From an uncultured Thermoleophilaceae bacterium (GTDB lineage Bacteria > Actinomycetota > Thermoleophilia > Solirubrobacterales > Thermoleophilaceae): a stretch of 64,000 nt of DNA. Shown piece after piece: positions 28,072 through 37,232 of this stretch (position 1 is its first letter; each line of letters begins with the position of its first letter). Position numbers and translations under genes: made by a program. The stretch covers positions 360,410 to 424,409 of the forward strand of contig CAVXKC010000009.1 in assembly GCA_963762265.1 (NCBI GenBank), written 5' to 3'. The notes beneath the pieces are model-generated. The model ran no database searches, was not told the DNA's origin, and was given only the letters and a program-made list of their open reading frames with translations.

Positions 28072-28962
28072 ATGGCCGACGGCAGCCGCACGACCCTGTC
28101 CATGCGCGAGCGCGAGCCCGCGCAGACGGCGCTCGTGCCCGCCGAGACGCTCAAGCGCCACCTGCCCGGCGTGGAGCCCGAGCGGCGCCTGAACGACTGG
28201 GGGCGTTCGGAGCGGATCGAAGGGATTTTCGACGCCACCGCCGCCGAGTTCTTCTACCGCTACTGGTTTCGCGCCGAGGTCGAGGGAATCGAGCACGTGC
28301 CCGCCACGAACGGCGCGCTGCTGGTCTCAAACCACTCCGGCGCGCTCCCTCCCGACGCCGCGATGATCTCCAAGGCCATCAAGGAGGAGCACCCGCACCC
28401 GCGGCCCGTCAACATCACGATCGAGCATTTCTTCAAAGGCTACCCGGGCTTCTCCACGCTGCTCCCAAAGCTCGGCTGCGTGGCCGCCCACCCGGCGAAC
28501 GTGCACCGCTTGCTCTACGACGAGGAGCAGCTCGTGCTCGTGTTCCCCGAGGGCCGCAAGGGCACCGAGAAGCTCTACAAGGACCGCTATCGCTTGCGCC
28601 GCTTCGGCCGCGGCGGCTTCGTCGAGGCGGCCATGCGCGCACGCACGCCGATCGTCCCGGTGTGCGTGGTCGGGGCCGAGGAGGCCGCACCGGTGTTCGC
28701 GCAGCTCGGGTTGCTCAAGCGCATGACCGGGCTGCTCTACTTCCCGATCACTCCGACGTTCCCGCACTTCGGCCTGCTGGGGATGCTCGGCTACCTCCCC
28801 GCGAAGTTCAAGATCCGCTTTCTGGAGCCGATCCGCTTCGACGAGGAGGGCATGCAGGACGACAAGGCCCTCGTCCAGACGGTGGCGCACGACATCCGCG
28901 CTCGCATCCAGGACAACCTCTGGGACATGCTCGCCAAGCGCAAGTCGGTCTGGTTCGGATGA
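28072..28962 (+). CDS. lysophospholipid (1-acyl-glycerol-3-phosphate) acyltransferase-family protein
   Basis: Intact 296-aa ORF with LLVSNHSGALPPD (Hx4D-type block), VFPEGRKG and IVPVCVVG blocks of PlsC-family acyltransferases. Confidence 0.8.
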   Translation: MADGSRTTLSMREREPAQTALVPAETLKRHLPGVEPERRLNDWGRSERIEGIFDATAAEFFYRYWFRAEVEGIEHVPATNGALLVSNHSGALPPDAAMISKAIKEEHPHPRPVNITIEHFFKGYPGFSTLLPKLGCVAAHPANVHRLLYDEEQLVLVFPEGRKGTEKLYKDRYRLRRFGRGGFVEAAMRARTPIVPVCVVGAEEAAPVFAQLGLLKRMTGLLYFPITPTFPHFGLLGMLGYLPAKFKIRFLEPIRFDEEGMQDDKALVQTVAHDIRARIQDNLWDMLAKRKSVWFG

Positions 28963-30299
28963 CGAGGGCGACGCGTGGGCAACTGGCCCGGCCGGGCGCG
29001 ATGGACTCGCGCCGGATCCTGCTTACTGGGCTGTCCACCTATTGGGGTGGGCGCCTCGCCCAAGCGCTCGAGGCCTTCCCGGAGGTCGAGGCGGTGATCG
29101 GCGTCGACAACGAGGAGCCTCAGGTCGAGCTCGAGCGCACCGAGTACGTCAAGGTCAGCGCCCAGCACGCGCTGCTGCGTCGCGTGGTGGAGGCGGCCGA
29201 GATCGACACGGTCGTCGATACGCGGCTCGTCGTGGACTCCTCGACGACGACCCCGTCGAAGGCGCACGAGAACAACATCATCGGGACGATGAACATCCTT
29301 GCCGCTTGCTCGGGCGACTCGCCCGTACGAAAGGTCGTGTTCAAGTCATCGACGCACTTCTACGGCAGCGAGCGCGACGACCCCGCCTTCTTTGACGAGA
29401 CCATGCGCCGCCCGCATCCGCCGCGCACACCGATCGAGCGCGACATCGGCGAGGTCGAGGCATCACTGACCGCGTTCGAGGAGCACAACCCGGACACCAC
29501 CGTCAGCGTGCTGCGCTTCGCAAACGTTCTCGGGCCGGACGTGCGCACCTCGCACATCGGCCTGTTCTCGCTGCCGGCGGTCCCGATGATCCTCGGCTTT
29601 GACCCGCGCTACCAGTTTGTGCACGAGGACGACGTGGTGCATGCCCTCGAGCACGCGGTCAAGCACGACATCCCAGGCGTCTACAACGTCGCCGGCGACG
29701 GCGTGCTCGCTCTGAGCGAGATCGCGAGCCTGCTCGGCAAGCCCTACGCGCCGGTGCTGCCGCCGTGGGGCACGGGGCTCGCGGCCTCGGCGCTGCGGCG
29801 CATCGGCATCAAGGTGCCCCCCGAGGCGCTCAACCAGTTGCGCTACGGGCGCGGAGTCGACAACCGGCGCTTCAAGGTGGCAGGCTTCGACTACGGCTAC
29901 ACAAGCCGGGAGGCGGTGCTCAAGCTCGGCGAGCACCTGCGCCTGAACCCGATGCTGAGCGGGGCCCAGGAGCCCTACCGCTATGAGCGCGAGGTCGAGG
30001 AGTTCCTGCGCTGGAGCCCGCACGTCAAGACGGCGCGCGACAAGGCGACCGGGAGGAGCCACGGCGATCGCGCGGTCGAGCTCACCCACGCCGAAGACCG
30101 CCTCACGGCGGCCGAGCAGCGCGCCGAGGCCGCTGAGCAGACGGCCCAGAAGGCCCTGGACCGCGCCAAGAAGGCCGAGCAGCGGGCCGCCGAGGCGGCT
30201 CTGAAGGCGACCGAACGCGTCAAGAAGGCCGAGCGGAGCGCCACCGCGGAAGACGCGATCGCCCTCGGGCCGGCGGAGGGCTCCGAGCGGGGCTCCTAG
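28959..30299 (+). CDS. NAD-dependent epimerase/dehydratase-family protein with C-terminal coiled-coil tail
   Basis: ATG 28959 overlaps the acyltransferase stop (ATGA). The sequence reads ILLTGLSTYWGGRLAQAL...KVVFKSSTHFYG...VLRFANVLGP...YNVAGDG, and the last ~80 aa are AEQRAEAAEQTAQKALDRAKKAEQRAAEAALKATERVKKAE. Confidence 0.8.
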   Translation: MTRATRGQLARPGAMDSRRILLTGLSTYWGGRLAQALEAFPEVEAVIGVDNEEPQVELERTEYVKVSAQHALLRRVVEAAEIDTVVDTRLVVDSSTTTPSKAHENNIIGTMNILAACSGDSPVRKVVFKSSTHFYGSERDDPAFFDETMRRPHPPRTPIERDIGEVEASLTAFEEHNPDTTVSVLRFANVLGPDVRTSHIGLFSLPAVPMILGFDPRYQFVHEDDVVHALEHAVKHDIPGVYNVAGDGVLALSEIASLLGKPYAPVLPPWGTGLAASALRRIGIKVPPEALNQLRYGRGVDNRRFKVAGFDYGYTSREAVLKLGEHLRLNPMLSGAQEPYRYEREVEEFLRWSPHVKTARDKATGRSHGDRAVELTHAEDRLTAAEQRAEAAEQTAQKALDRAKKAEQRAAEAALKATERVKKAERSATAEDAIALGPAEGSERGS

Positions 30300-30302
30300 G
30301 CG

Positions 30303-30326
30303 CAAGTGCGCGTTCAGGCGCATTTG
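30303..30326 (+). terminator. hairpin after the epimerase gene (weak terminator candidate)
   Basis: CAAGTGCGC - GTTCAG - GCGCATTTG forms a 9-bp stem with one G-U, 4 nt after the stop at 30299. Confidence 0.3.
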
Positions 30327-30367
30327 TCCGCTGGAGCGCGCCCTAGACTGATGCTGGTTCCGCACCC

Positions 30368-31402
30368 ATGAGGCAGAAGTCCTTCATCCTCGTGGCCGTC
30401 CTCCTGCTCCTGCTCGCGGGAGGCGCGGTCGCTGCCTACGCGTACGACTCGTCGCGCGAGGACCTGATCGCCGAGGGCGTGACCGTCGCCGGCATCGACG
30501 TCGGCGGCATGAGCACCGCGGACGCGCGCCTGCTGATCGAACGCCGGCTGAAGGAGCCGCTCGAGCAGCCGATCGCGGTACGCAGGGCAAAACGGCGCTT
30601 CAACCTCTCGGCCGAGGACGCCGGAGTGCAGGCAGACGTCGACGGCATGGTCGACGAGGCGCTCGAGGCCAGCCGCAGCGGCAGCATCTTCAGCCGCGTG
30701 GCCCGAGATCTCACCGGCGGGGATGAAGACGCCCAGGTCGCCGCCCGCGTGACCTACGACGAAGCCGCCGTCCAGGGGCTCGTGGCGCGCGTGCGGAAGA
30801 GCCTCAACCGCAAGGCGCAGGACGCCGAGGTGGATTTCCCGTCGCTCGAGAAGGTCAAGGAGCGCAAGGGGATCGCGGTCAAGGGGCCACTGCTGCAAGA
30901 GCGGCTCGCCCAGGCGCTGACCGTCCCGGGGGTCGCCCGCACCGTCAAGGCGCCCGTGCGGATCGTGCGGCCAAAGGTCACCCAGGCCGAGCTGGCCCGC
31001 AAGTACCCGACGCTGCTGGTCGCAGACCGGGTCAACTTCAAGCTCCGCTACTACCAGAAGCTCAAGCTCGTCAAGGAGTACACGGTGGCGGTGGGCGCCG
31101 TGGGATTCGACACTCCGGCCGGGCTGTACCACATCCAGAACAAGGCGGTTGACCCCGCCTGGAGCGTGCCCAACAGCGACTGGGCCGGCGACCTCGCGGG
31201 CACCGTCGTGCCGGGCGGCGTGGCCGAAAACCCGCTCAAGGCGCGCTGGCTGGGCATCTTCGACGGGGCCGGGATCCACGGCACCGACCAGACCTACTCG
31301 CTCGGCAGCGCCGCATCCCACGGCTGCATCCGGATGGCGATCCCGGACGTGATCGAGCTCTACGACCGCGTCCCGGTGGGAGCGCCGATCTACATAGCCT
31401 GA
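30368..31402 (+). CDS. L,D-transpeptidase (YkuD domain) with N-terminal membrane anchor and PG-binding-like region
   Basis: Intact 344-aa ORF. The catalytic block reads LYHIQNKAVDPAWSVP...GIHGTDQTYSLGSAASHGCIRMAIPDVIELY. Confidence 0.8.
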   Translation: MRQKSFILVAVLLLLLAGGAVAAYAYDSSREDLIAEGVTVAGIDVGGMSTADARLLIERRLKEPLEQPIAVRRAKRRFNLSAEDAGVQADVDGMVDEALEASRSGSIFSRVARDLTGGDEDAQVAARVTYDEAAVQGLVARVRKSLNRKAQDAEVDFPSLEKVKERKGIAVKGPLLQERLAQALTVPGVARTVKAPVRIVRPKVTQAELARKYPTLLVADRVNFKLRYYQKLKLVKEYTVAVGAVGFDTPAGLYHIQNKAVDPAWSVPNSDWAGDLAGTVVPGGVAENPLKARWLGIFDGAGIHGTDQTYSLGSAASHGCIRMAIPDVIELYDRVPVGAPIYIA

Positions 31403-31686
31403 CGGCCCCGGGCCTCGATCCCGATCTGCTCGATCGGGATCTCCTCCCACCCGCGATCCTCCAGAAAGGTCCGGCGGTCGGTGTGTCGAATGCAGAGCGT
31501 GCCTATGAAGACACCCCGTTCGCGCTTGCGAAGCACCGAGTACCACATGGTCGACGCGTCGCTCGGGCCCTGGATCGGGTGCCAGGGGCGGCCCGGCTTG
31601 CCATCGCAATCCACCAGCCGCGCATCGGCAAGCTGATTTCGAGTGGCCACCCGCCCATCCTCGGTGTTGACGAAGAACGCGCCCAC
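31390..31686 (-). CDS. hypothetical small protein
   Basis: The 3' part of minus ORF 31390..31947 has protein-like composition ([38 protein letters not shown]...[41 protein letters not shown]). The start is either GTG ~31686 or ATG 31548, so it may overlap the uncertain xerC start. No family recognised. Confidence 0.35.
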   Translation of the reverse strand: MGAFFVNTEDGRVATRNQLADARLVDCDGKPGRPWHPIQGPSDASTMWYSVLRKRERGVFIGTLCIRHTDRRTFLEDRGWEEIPIEQIGIEARGRQAM

Positions 31687-32584
31687 GTCGGCAGAGGCTA
31701 GTGGCCTCGGCCCGGGTTGGAGCCGCGCGCTGGCCGGCTTCGACGACTGGCAGCGAATGCGCGCCATGGGCGAGAAGACCCGCCGCGCGTACGGCGTAGA
31801 TCTCGGCCAGCTCGGGGAGTGGGCCGCAAAGCACGGGCTGGCTCCGCGCGAGCTCACCCACCGCGAGCTGCGACGCTTTGCCGCGGTGCTGGGCGAGAAC
31901 GGGGCGGCGAAGTCGACGGTGGCGCGCAAGCTCGCCGCGATCCGCACCTTCTATCGCTATCTGCTGGAGCGAGGAGAGGTCGAGGCCAACCCGGCCGACC
32001 TGGTCTCGAGCCCCAAGCAGGACGCCTATCTGCCGGCGGTGCTGAAGGCCGGCGAGCTGGCCGAGCTGCTCGAGCGGATCCCCGGCACGACCCCGCTGGA
32101 CGTCCGCGACCGAGCCATGTTCGAGCTCGCCTATGCGGCCGGGCTGCGCGCGGAGGAGCTCGTGAACCTCGACGTCGAGAGCGTTGACCCGGACGCCGAG
32201 GAGGTGCGCGTGGAGGGCAAGGGGGCAAGGACGCGCGTGGTTCCGGCCGGGGAGCACGCCTGGCGCGCGCTCGAGCGCTATCTCGACCGCGCGCGCCCCA
32301 CGCTGCACGTCGGAGAGAGCTCAGCGCTCTTTCTGTCCAAGAGCGGCAGGCGGCTCTCGACTTCGGACGTACGGCGGCGCCTGAAGCTCCAGGCGCGCCG
32401 CCTGGGCATCTCCCCGCACACCCTGCGCCACTCCTTTGCCACACACCTGCTCGAGGGGGGCGCCGACCTGCGCACGATCCAGGAACTGCTCGGCCACGCC
32501 TCTATCAGCACGACTCAGACCTACACTCGGGTAGAGTCGAGACGCCTCAAAAAGGCGTACTCGCGCTCTCATCCGCGCGCGTGA
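31643..32584 (+). CDS. xerC: tyrosine recombinase XerC/XerD
   Basis: [16 protein letters not shown]...[17 protein letters not shown]...[19 protein letters not shown]...[10 protein letters not shown]...[42 protein letters not shown] carries the R..HxxR..Y catalytic signature. The true start is probably downstream of 31643. Confidence 0.85.
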   Translation: MATRPSSVLTKNAPTSAEASGLGPGWSRALAGFDDWQRMRAMGEKTRRAYGVDLGQLGEWAAKHGLAPRELTHRELRRFAAVLGENGAAKSTVARKLAAIRTFYRYLLERGEVEANPADLVSSPKQDAYLPAVLKAGELAELLERIPGTTPLDVRDRAMFELAYAAGLRAEELVNLDVESVDPDAEEVRVEGKGARTRVVPAGEHAWRALERYLDRARPTLHVGESSALFLSKSGRRLSTSDVRRRLKLQARRLGISPHTLRHSFATHLLEGGADLRTIQELLGHASISTTQTYTRVESRRLKKAYSRSHPRA

Positions 32585-32597
32585 ACGAAGGGCTTAC

Positions 32598-33389
32598 TTG
32601 GAGACCAACCTCAAGGCGATAGAGCTCAAGGACCTCTGGCGCCGCTACAAGGACGAGAGAGACGAGAAGGCACGCGAGCGACTGGTGCTCGCCTATGCCC
32701 CCCTGGTCAAGTACGTGGCGGGCCGGATGTCGAGCGGACTTCCCTCCCACGTGGAGGAGTCCGACCTCATCTCCTACGGGCTGCTCGGCCTGATCTCCGC
32801 CATCGAGCGCTTCGAGCCCGAGCGCGAGATCAAGTTCGAGACGTTCGCGATCACGCGCATCAAGGGCTCGGTCATCGACGAGCTCCGCTCGCTCGACTGG
32901 GTGCCCCGCTCGGTGCGCACCAAGGCGCGCGAGATCGAGCGGACCAACGCGAAGCTCGAGCACAAGCTGCACCGTGCGCCGACCGACCAGGAGATGGCCG
33001 ACTCCCTCGAGGTGTCGGTCGAGGAGTTCCAGGAGTCGCTTGTGCGCATCTCCAACTCGTCGGTCGTCGCGCTTGACGAGCTCTGGACGGTCTCGGACTC
33101 CTCGGGAGACCAGGTCTCGCTCCTGGACACGATCCAGGACCCGAGCGCGCCCGACCCCGCCGCCGAGATGGACACCACCGAGATGAAGGACCGCCTGGCG
33201 GACGCGATTGCGCGGCTGCCGGAGCGCGAGAAGCTCGTGGTGGCCCTCTACTACTACGAGAACCTCACCCTTCGCGAGATCGGCGAGGTCCTCGGCGTCA
33301 CCGAGTCACGCGTGTCGCAGCTTCACACCAAGGCGGTGCTGCGTCTGAAGTCCCGCCTGCAGGGCGACCCGCTGGCCGAAGCCGACTAG
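32598..33389 (+). CDS. RNA polymerase sigma factor, FliA/WhiG (sigma-28) type
   Basis: TTG start. Region 2 reads LVLAYAPLVKYVAGRM...ESDLISYGLLGLISAIERFEPEREIKFETFAITRIKGSVIDELR. Region 4 reads LPEREKLVVALYYYENLTLREIGEVLGVTESRVSQLHTKAVLRLK. Confidence 0.85.
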   Translation: METNLKAIELKDLWRRYKDERDEKARERLVLAYAPLVKYVAGRMSSGLPSHVEESDLISYGLLGLISAIERFEPEREIKFETFAITRIKGSVIDELRSLDWVPRSVRTKAREIERTNAKLEHKLHRAPTDQEMADSLEVSVEEFQESLVRISNSSVVALDELWTVSDSSGDQVSLLDTIQDPSAPDPAAEMDTTEMKDRLADAIARLPEREKLVVALYYYENLTLREIGEVLGVTESRVSQLHTKAVLRLKSRLQGDPLAEAD

Positions 33390-33401
33390 GTCACCGGGAA
33401 A

Positions 33402-35798
33402 ATGCTTCGGCGCCGAGCTCATCGCTACCGGGACGAGGTGGCCACTCGGGCGCATCAGCAGGCCGCCGTGGCCGAGCTCGGCCAGCGTGCCTTGGCGGGA
33501 GCGCCGCTGGACGATCTGATCGGCGAGGCCGTCGAGTCCGCCGCCCGTGAGCTCGGCACCGACTGTGCATCGGTCCTGGAGCTGACCGGGGACGGGCGCG
33601 CCCTGTTGGTGCGCGGCGGCCACGGACTACCGGATGGCGTGCTGGGCGGCGTGCTGTACGCGGGCGAGGAGGAGCTCCCCGGCTTCGCCCTCCACGCCGA
33701 TGGCCCGGTCGTGATCGTCGACTTCGCGACAGAGACGCGCTTCGGCGCCTCGGCCCTCCAACGCGATCTTGGGATCGTGAGCGCGATGGCCGCGCCGATC
33801 GGGTCGCCCGAGCGCCTGTTCGGCGTGCTCGGGGCGAACAGTCGCACGCCCCAGCACTTCAGCCCGGACGACGCGAATTTCCTCCAAGCGCTCGCGAACG
33901 TCCTCGGCGCGGCCGCGGAACGGGCCCGCCACGAGGAGCTCGTGGGCGACAGCGAGGCCCGTTTTCGCGAGCTGGCCGACACCACGCCGGCCCTCATGTG
34001 GATGACCGATGCCGAGGGCGACGTCACGTTCGTCAACGAGGGCTGGCTGCGATTCACCGGCCGCACGTTGTCGGAGGAGCTTGGGGATACGTTCGCGATG
34101 TGCGCCCACCCTGATGACCGCGCCGAGATGCTCGCCGAATGGCGCGCCGCGGTCGCCCGGCGCGCGGAGTTCCGCTTCGAGTACCGGCTCACCAACGGCC
34201 GCGGCGGCCACAGCTGGGTGCTCGAGGTGGGCACTCCGCGCTTTGCCGAGGGCGACTTCGTCGGCTACGTGGGAACGGCTACCGACATCGACGAGCGCAA
34301 GGGCATGGAGGACGCCTTGCGTGAGTCAGAGGCGAGCTTTCGCCAGCTAGCCAACAGCGCACCGGTGATGATCTGGACCACCGATCCCGGCGGGCTCGTG
34401 ACGTTCGTCAACGAGGGTTGGCTGCGCTATACCGGCACAGCACTGGAGGACCAGCTCGGCCACCGCGGGAGGCTCGGGGTGCACCCCGAGGACGCCCCGG
34501 CGGTGCTCGGCACCTGGACCGAGCGGCTTGCCAGGCGCGAGCCGTGGGAACACGAGTACCGCCTGCGCGGCCGGGAGGGCGATTACCGCTGGATTGTCGA
34601 CCGCGGCGTGCCGCGCTACGAGGGCGGGCGCTTCGCCGGGTACGTGGGCACGGCGATCGACATCCACGAGCGCAAGACCATGGAGGCGCGCCTGCGCGAG
34701 GTCTACGAGCGCGAGCACACGATCGCGGAAACGCTTCAGCGCAGCCTTCTGCCCGAGCGGTTGCCGCGCATCGAGGGTCTGGAGATCGCCGCGCGCTACC
34801 TGCCCGCCGCGCGCGGAACCGCCATCGGGGGCGACTGGTACGACGCGCTCGAGCGCCCCGACGGGCGGGTGGCGCTCGTGGTCGGCGACGTGGTCGGTCA
34901 CGGGCTGCGCGCGGCAAAGTTCATGGGCCAGCTGCGCAACGCGTTCCGCGCCTATGGGGTGGCGGAGGCGTCGCCGGCGGAGGTGATGGCGCGTGTCAAC
35001 CGCCTCGTGCTCAGCGGTGACGAGGAGGCGATGGCGACGGTCCTCTACCTCGTGCTTGACCGCGAGACGGGCGAGATCCGGTTCGCGAGCGCCGGTCACC
35101 CGCCGCCGCTCGTGCTGGGGCCCGGCGGCGTCCACTTCCTGGAGGGCGGGCGCTCGGTGCCGATCGGTGCCGCCGAACCGGGCCTGTTTCGCGAGGCGAC
35201 CGCCGTGCTGGCGCCCGGCGCCTCTCTGCTGCTCTATACAGACGGGCTGGTGGAGCGGCGCGACGTGCCGCTCGAACATCGCCTCAGCGAGCTGGCCGAC
35301 GCGGTGGGGCGGGCCGAGGGCGAGCTGGAGGGGCTGTGCGACCACGTGCTGGGTGCCGTGCTCGGCGAGCAGGTGCCGAGCGACGACGTGGCGCTCCTCG
35401 CGGTGCGCCGCCGGTCGGTGGCCGGCGAGCGGATGCGGGTGTCGCTGCCGGCCGAGCCCGGGTCGCTCGGCGGCCTGCGGCGCCGGCTCGGCCGCTTCCT
35501 GATGGCGGTGGGGGCGAGCGACGTTGAGACCTACGAGATCACGCTGACCGTCTGCGAGGCAGCCGGCAACGCGATCGAGCACGCCTACGGCCCGGGCGAT
35601 GCCACCTTCGAGGTAGAGGCCGCGATGCGGGACGGGGAGCTCGTGGCCACCGTGCGCGACAGCGGCACCTGGCGCGACCGTCGCGGCACCCACCGCGGGC
35701 GCGGCCTCAAGATCATCGAGGGCCTCATGGACGAGGTCGAGGTCTCCACGGAATCCACAGGTACCGTTGTGCGCATGAGACGGCGGCTGGCTGCATGA
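33402..35798 (+). CDS. multidomain sensor: GAF + 2x PAS + PP2C (SpoIIE) phosphatase + C-terminal HATPase (RsbW-like anti-sigma kinase) domain
   Basis: Intact 798-aa ORF. PAS repeats are MWMTDAEGDVTFVNEGWLRFTG and MIWTTDPGGLVTFVNEGWLRYTG. PP2C blocks are GGDWYDA...VVGDVVGHGLRAAKFMGQLR...LLYTDGLVE. The C-terminal kinase-like block is VCEAAGNAIEHAY...DSGTWRD...RGRGLKIIEGLMDEVEV. Confidence 0.85.
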   Translation: MLRRRAHRYRDEVATRAHQQAAVAELGQRALAGAPLDDLIGEAVESAARELGTDCASVLELTGDGRALLVRGGHGLPDGVLGGVLYAGEEELPGFALHADGPVVIVDFATETRFGASALQRDLGIVSAMAAPIGSPERLFGVLGANSRTPQHFSPDDANFLQALANVLGAAAERARHEELVGDSEARFRELADTTPALMWMTDAEGDVTFVNEGWLRFTGRTLSEELGDTFAMCAHPDDRAEMLAEWRAAVARRAEFRFEYRLTNGRGGHSWVLEVGTPRFAEGDFVGYVGTATDIDERKGMEDALRESEASFRQLANSAPVMIWTTDPGGLVTFVNEGWLRYTGTALEDQLGHRGRLGVHPEDAPAVLGTWTERLARREPWEHEYRLRGREGDYRWIVDRGVPRYEGGRFAGYVGTAIDIHERKTMEARLREVYEREHTIAETLQRSLLPERLPRIEGLEIAARYLPAARGTAIGGDWYDALERPDGRVALVVGDVVGHGLRAAKFMGQLRNAFRAYGVAEASPAEVMARVNRLVLSGDEEAMATVLYLVLDRETGEIRFASAGHPPPLVLGPGGVHFLEGGRSVPIGAAEPGLFREATAVLAPGASLLLYTDGLVERRDVPLEHRLSELADAVGRAEGELEGLCDHVLGAVLGEQVPSDDVALLAVRRRSVAGERMRVSLPAEPGSLGGLRRRLGRFLMAVGASDVETYEITLTVCEAAGNAIEHAYGPGDATFEVEAAMRDGELVATVRDSGTWRDRRGTHRGRGLKIIEGLMDEVEVSTESTGTVVRMRRRLAA

Positions 35799-36145
35799 CC
35801 ACCGCGGCCGAGATCGCGATCGAGCGGCACGCCGGCACGGTCGTGGCGCAGCTCAGCGGCGAGGTGGACATGACCAACGCCGCGTACGTGCGCGAGGAGA
35901 TCGTCGAGTCGGTCCCCAACGACGCGCATGCGCTGATCATCGACCTGGGCGGCTGCAGGTACCTCGATTCCGCCGCGATCGAAGTCATCTTCGACCTCTC
36001 GCGACGCCTCGCCCGCCGCCGCCAGGAGCTTCGCCTGGTCCTCCCTGCCGCCTCGCCGCTCCGCCGCGTGCTCGAGCTGACCGAGGTGGCCAGCGTGGCG
36101 GCGGTACACGACTCGCTCGACTCGGCCCTCTCGCGGGAATCCTAG
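35795..36145 (+). CDS. STAS-domain anti-sigma-factor antagonist
   Basis: Intact 116-aa ORF overlapping the upstream stop (ATGA): VVAQLSGEVDMTNAAYVREEI...LIIDLGGCRYLDSAAIEVIFDL...LRLVLPAASPLRRVLELTEV. Confidence 0.85.
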   Translation: MTTAAEIAIERHAGTVVAQLSGEVDMTNAAYVREEIVESVPNDAHALIIDLGGCRYLDSAAIEVIFDLSRRLARRRQELRLVLPAASPLRRVLELTEVASVAAVHDSLDSALSRES

Positions 36146-36217
36146 GGTGCCGGGTTCCTGGGAAACTGCAGCTAAAGGGGGTCGGCCTCGACGGGCGTCA
36201 GTCCCGGCTGCCCCGAC

Positions 36218-36261
36218 GGTGCCTTAGGTTTGGGGGCCATGCAACAACAAGCTAAGGCACC
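36218..36261. repeat. 45-nt hairpin element, copy 2 (perfect 10-bp arms GGTGCCTTAG / CTAAGGCACC)
   Basis: Reverse-complement match to 3112..3156. On the + strand the loop reads GTTTGGGGGCCATGCAACAACAAG, and the ATG at 36239 opens a 28-codon sORF ending 3 nt before the ppk2 GTG. Confidence 0.6.
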
Positions 36262-36328
36262 GCTGGCGAAAACCACATCATTCGCGGCCCCCTGCGTAGA
36301 GCGGCGCAAACGCGGGCAGAGGTAGACC

Positions 36329-37159
36329 GTGAGCGACGACGCACCGGCCTGGGCCGATCTTGAGGACAGCGAGGCTTCCCCCCGCGGCTCAAGCGCAAGG
36401 AGTACGAGCGCGAGCTCGCCAGGCTCCAGCTCGAGCTCGTAAAGCTCCAACACTGGGTCAAGCAGGCCGGCCTTCGCGTGGTCTTGGTCTTCGAGGGCCG
36501 CGACGCTGCCGGCAAGGGCGGCGTCATCCAGCGCATCGTCGAGCCGCTCAATCCGCGCGGTGCCTCGATCGTCGCGCTCGGCACGCCGAGCGATCGAGAG
36601 AAGACGCAGTGGTACTTCCAGCGCTATGTCGCCGAGCTGCCGGCCGCCGGGGAGATCGTCCTGTTCGATCGGTCCTGGTACAACCGCGCCGGCGTGGAGC
36701 GGGTGATGGGCTTCTGCACCGACGAGGAGTACTGGGACTTCATGCAGAGCTGCCCCGAGCTCGAGCGCATGCTGGTTCGCGACGGCATCATCCTGCGCAA
36801 GTACTGGTTCTCGGTCAGCGACGCCGAGCAGGAGCGCCGCTTCCAGAAGCGCTCGGCGGATCCCACCCGCCGCTGGAAGCTCAGTCCGATGGACATCAAG
36901 TCCCGCGATCTGCTGGGTCGAGTACTCGCGGGCCAAGGACGAGATGTTCCGCTACACGCATACGCCCGACGCGCCCTGGTACACGGTCGAGTCCGATGAC
37001 AAGCGTCGCGCTCGTCTCAACTGCATCTCCCACCTGATCGACACGATCCCCTACGAGGACGTGCTGCCCGAGCCGATCGAGCTGCCGGTGCGCCCCAAGC
37101 AGGAGGACTACAAGCGCCCGCCGCGCGACGCGCACACCGAGATCGTCGGGAAGTACTGA
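36329..37159 (+). pseudogene. ppk2: polyphosphate kinase 2, two frame changes (-1 in the C7 run at about 36378-36384; +1 at about 36915)
   Basis: GTG 36329 opens frame 2. LKRKEYERELARLQLELVKLQHWV...VLVFEGRDAAGKGGVIQRI...REKTQWYFQRY...LFDRSWYNRAGVERVMGF...RWKLSPMDIKS is in frame 1. VEYSRAKDEMFRYTHTPDAPWYTVESDDKRRARLNCISHLI is in frame 2. Confidence 0.8.
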
Positions 37160-37232
37160 CGACCGGTTCGCCGGCTCGCGCGTCGCAGTAGTCTCAGCGC
37201 ACCGGGGCAGCATCAGCGATGGAAGGAGAGTT

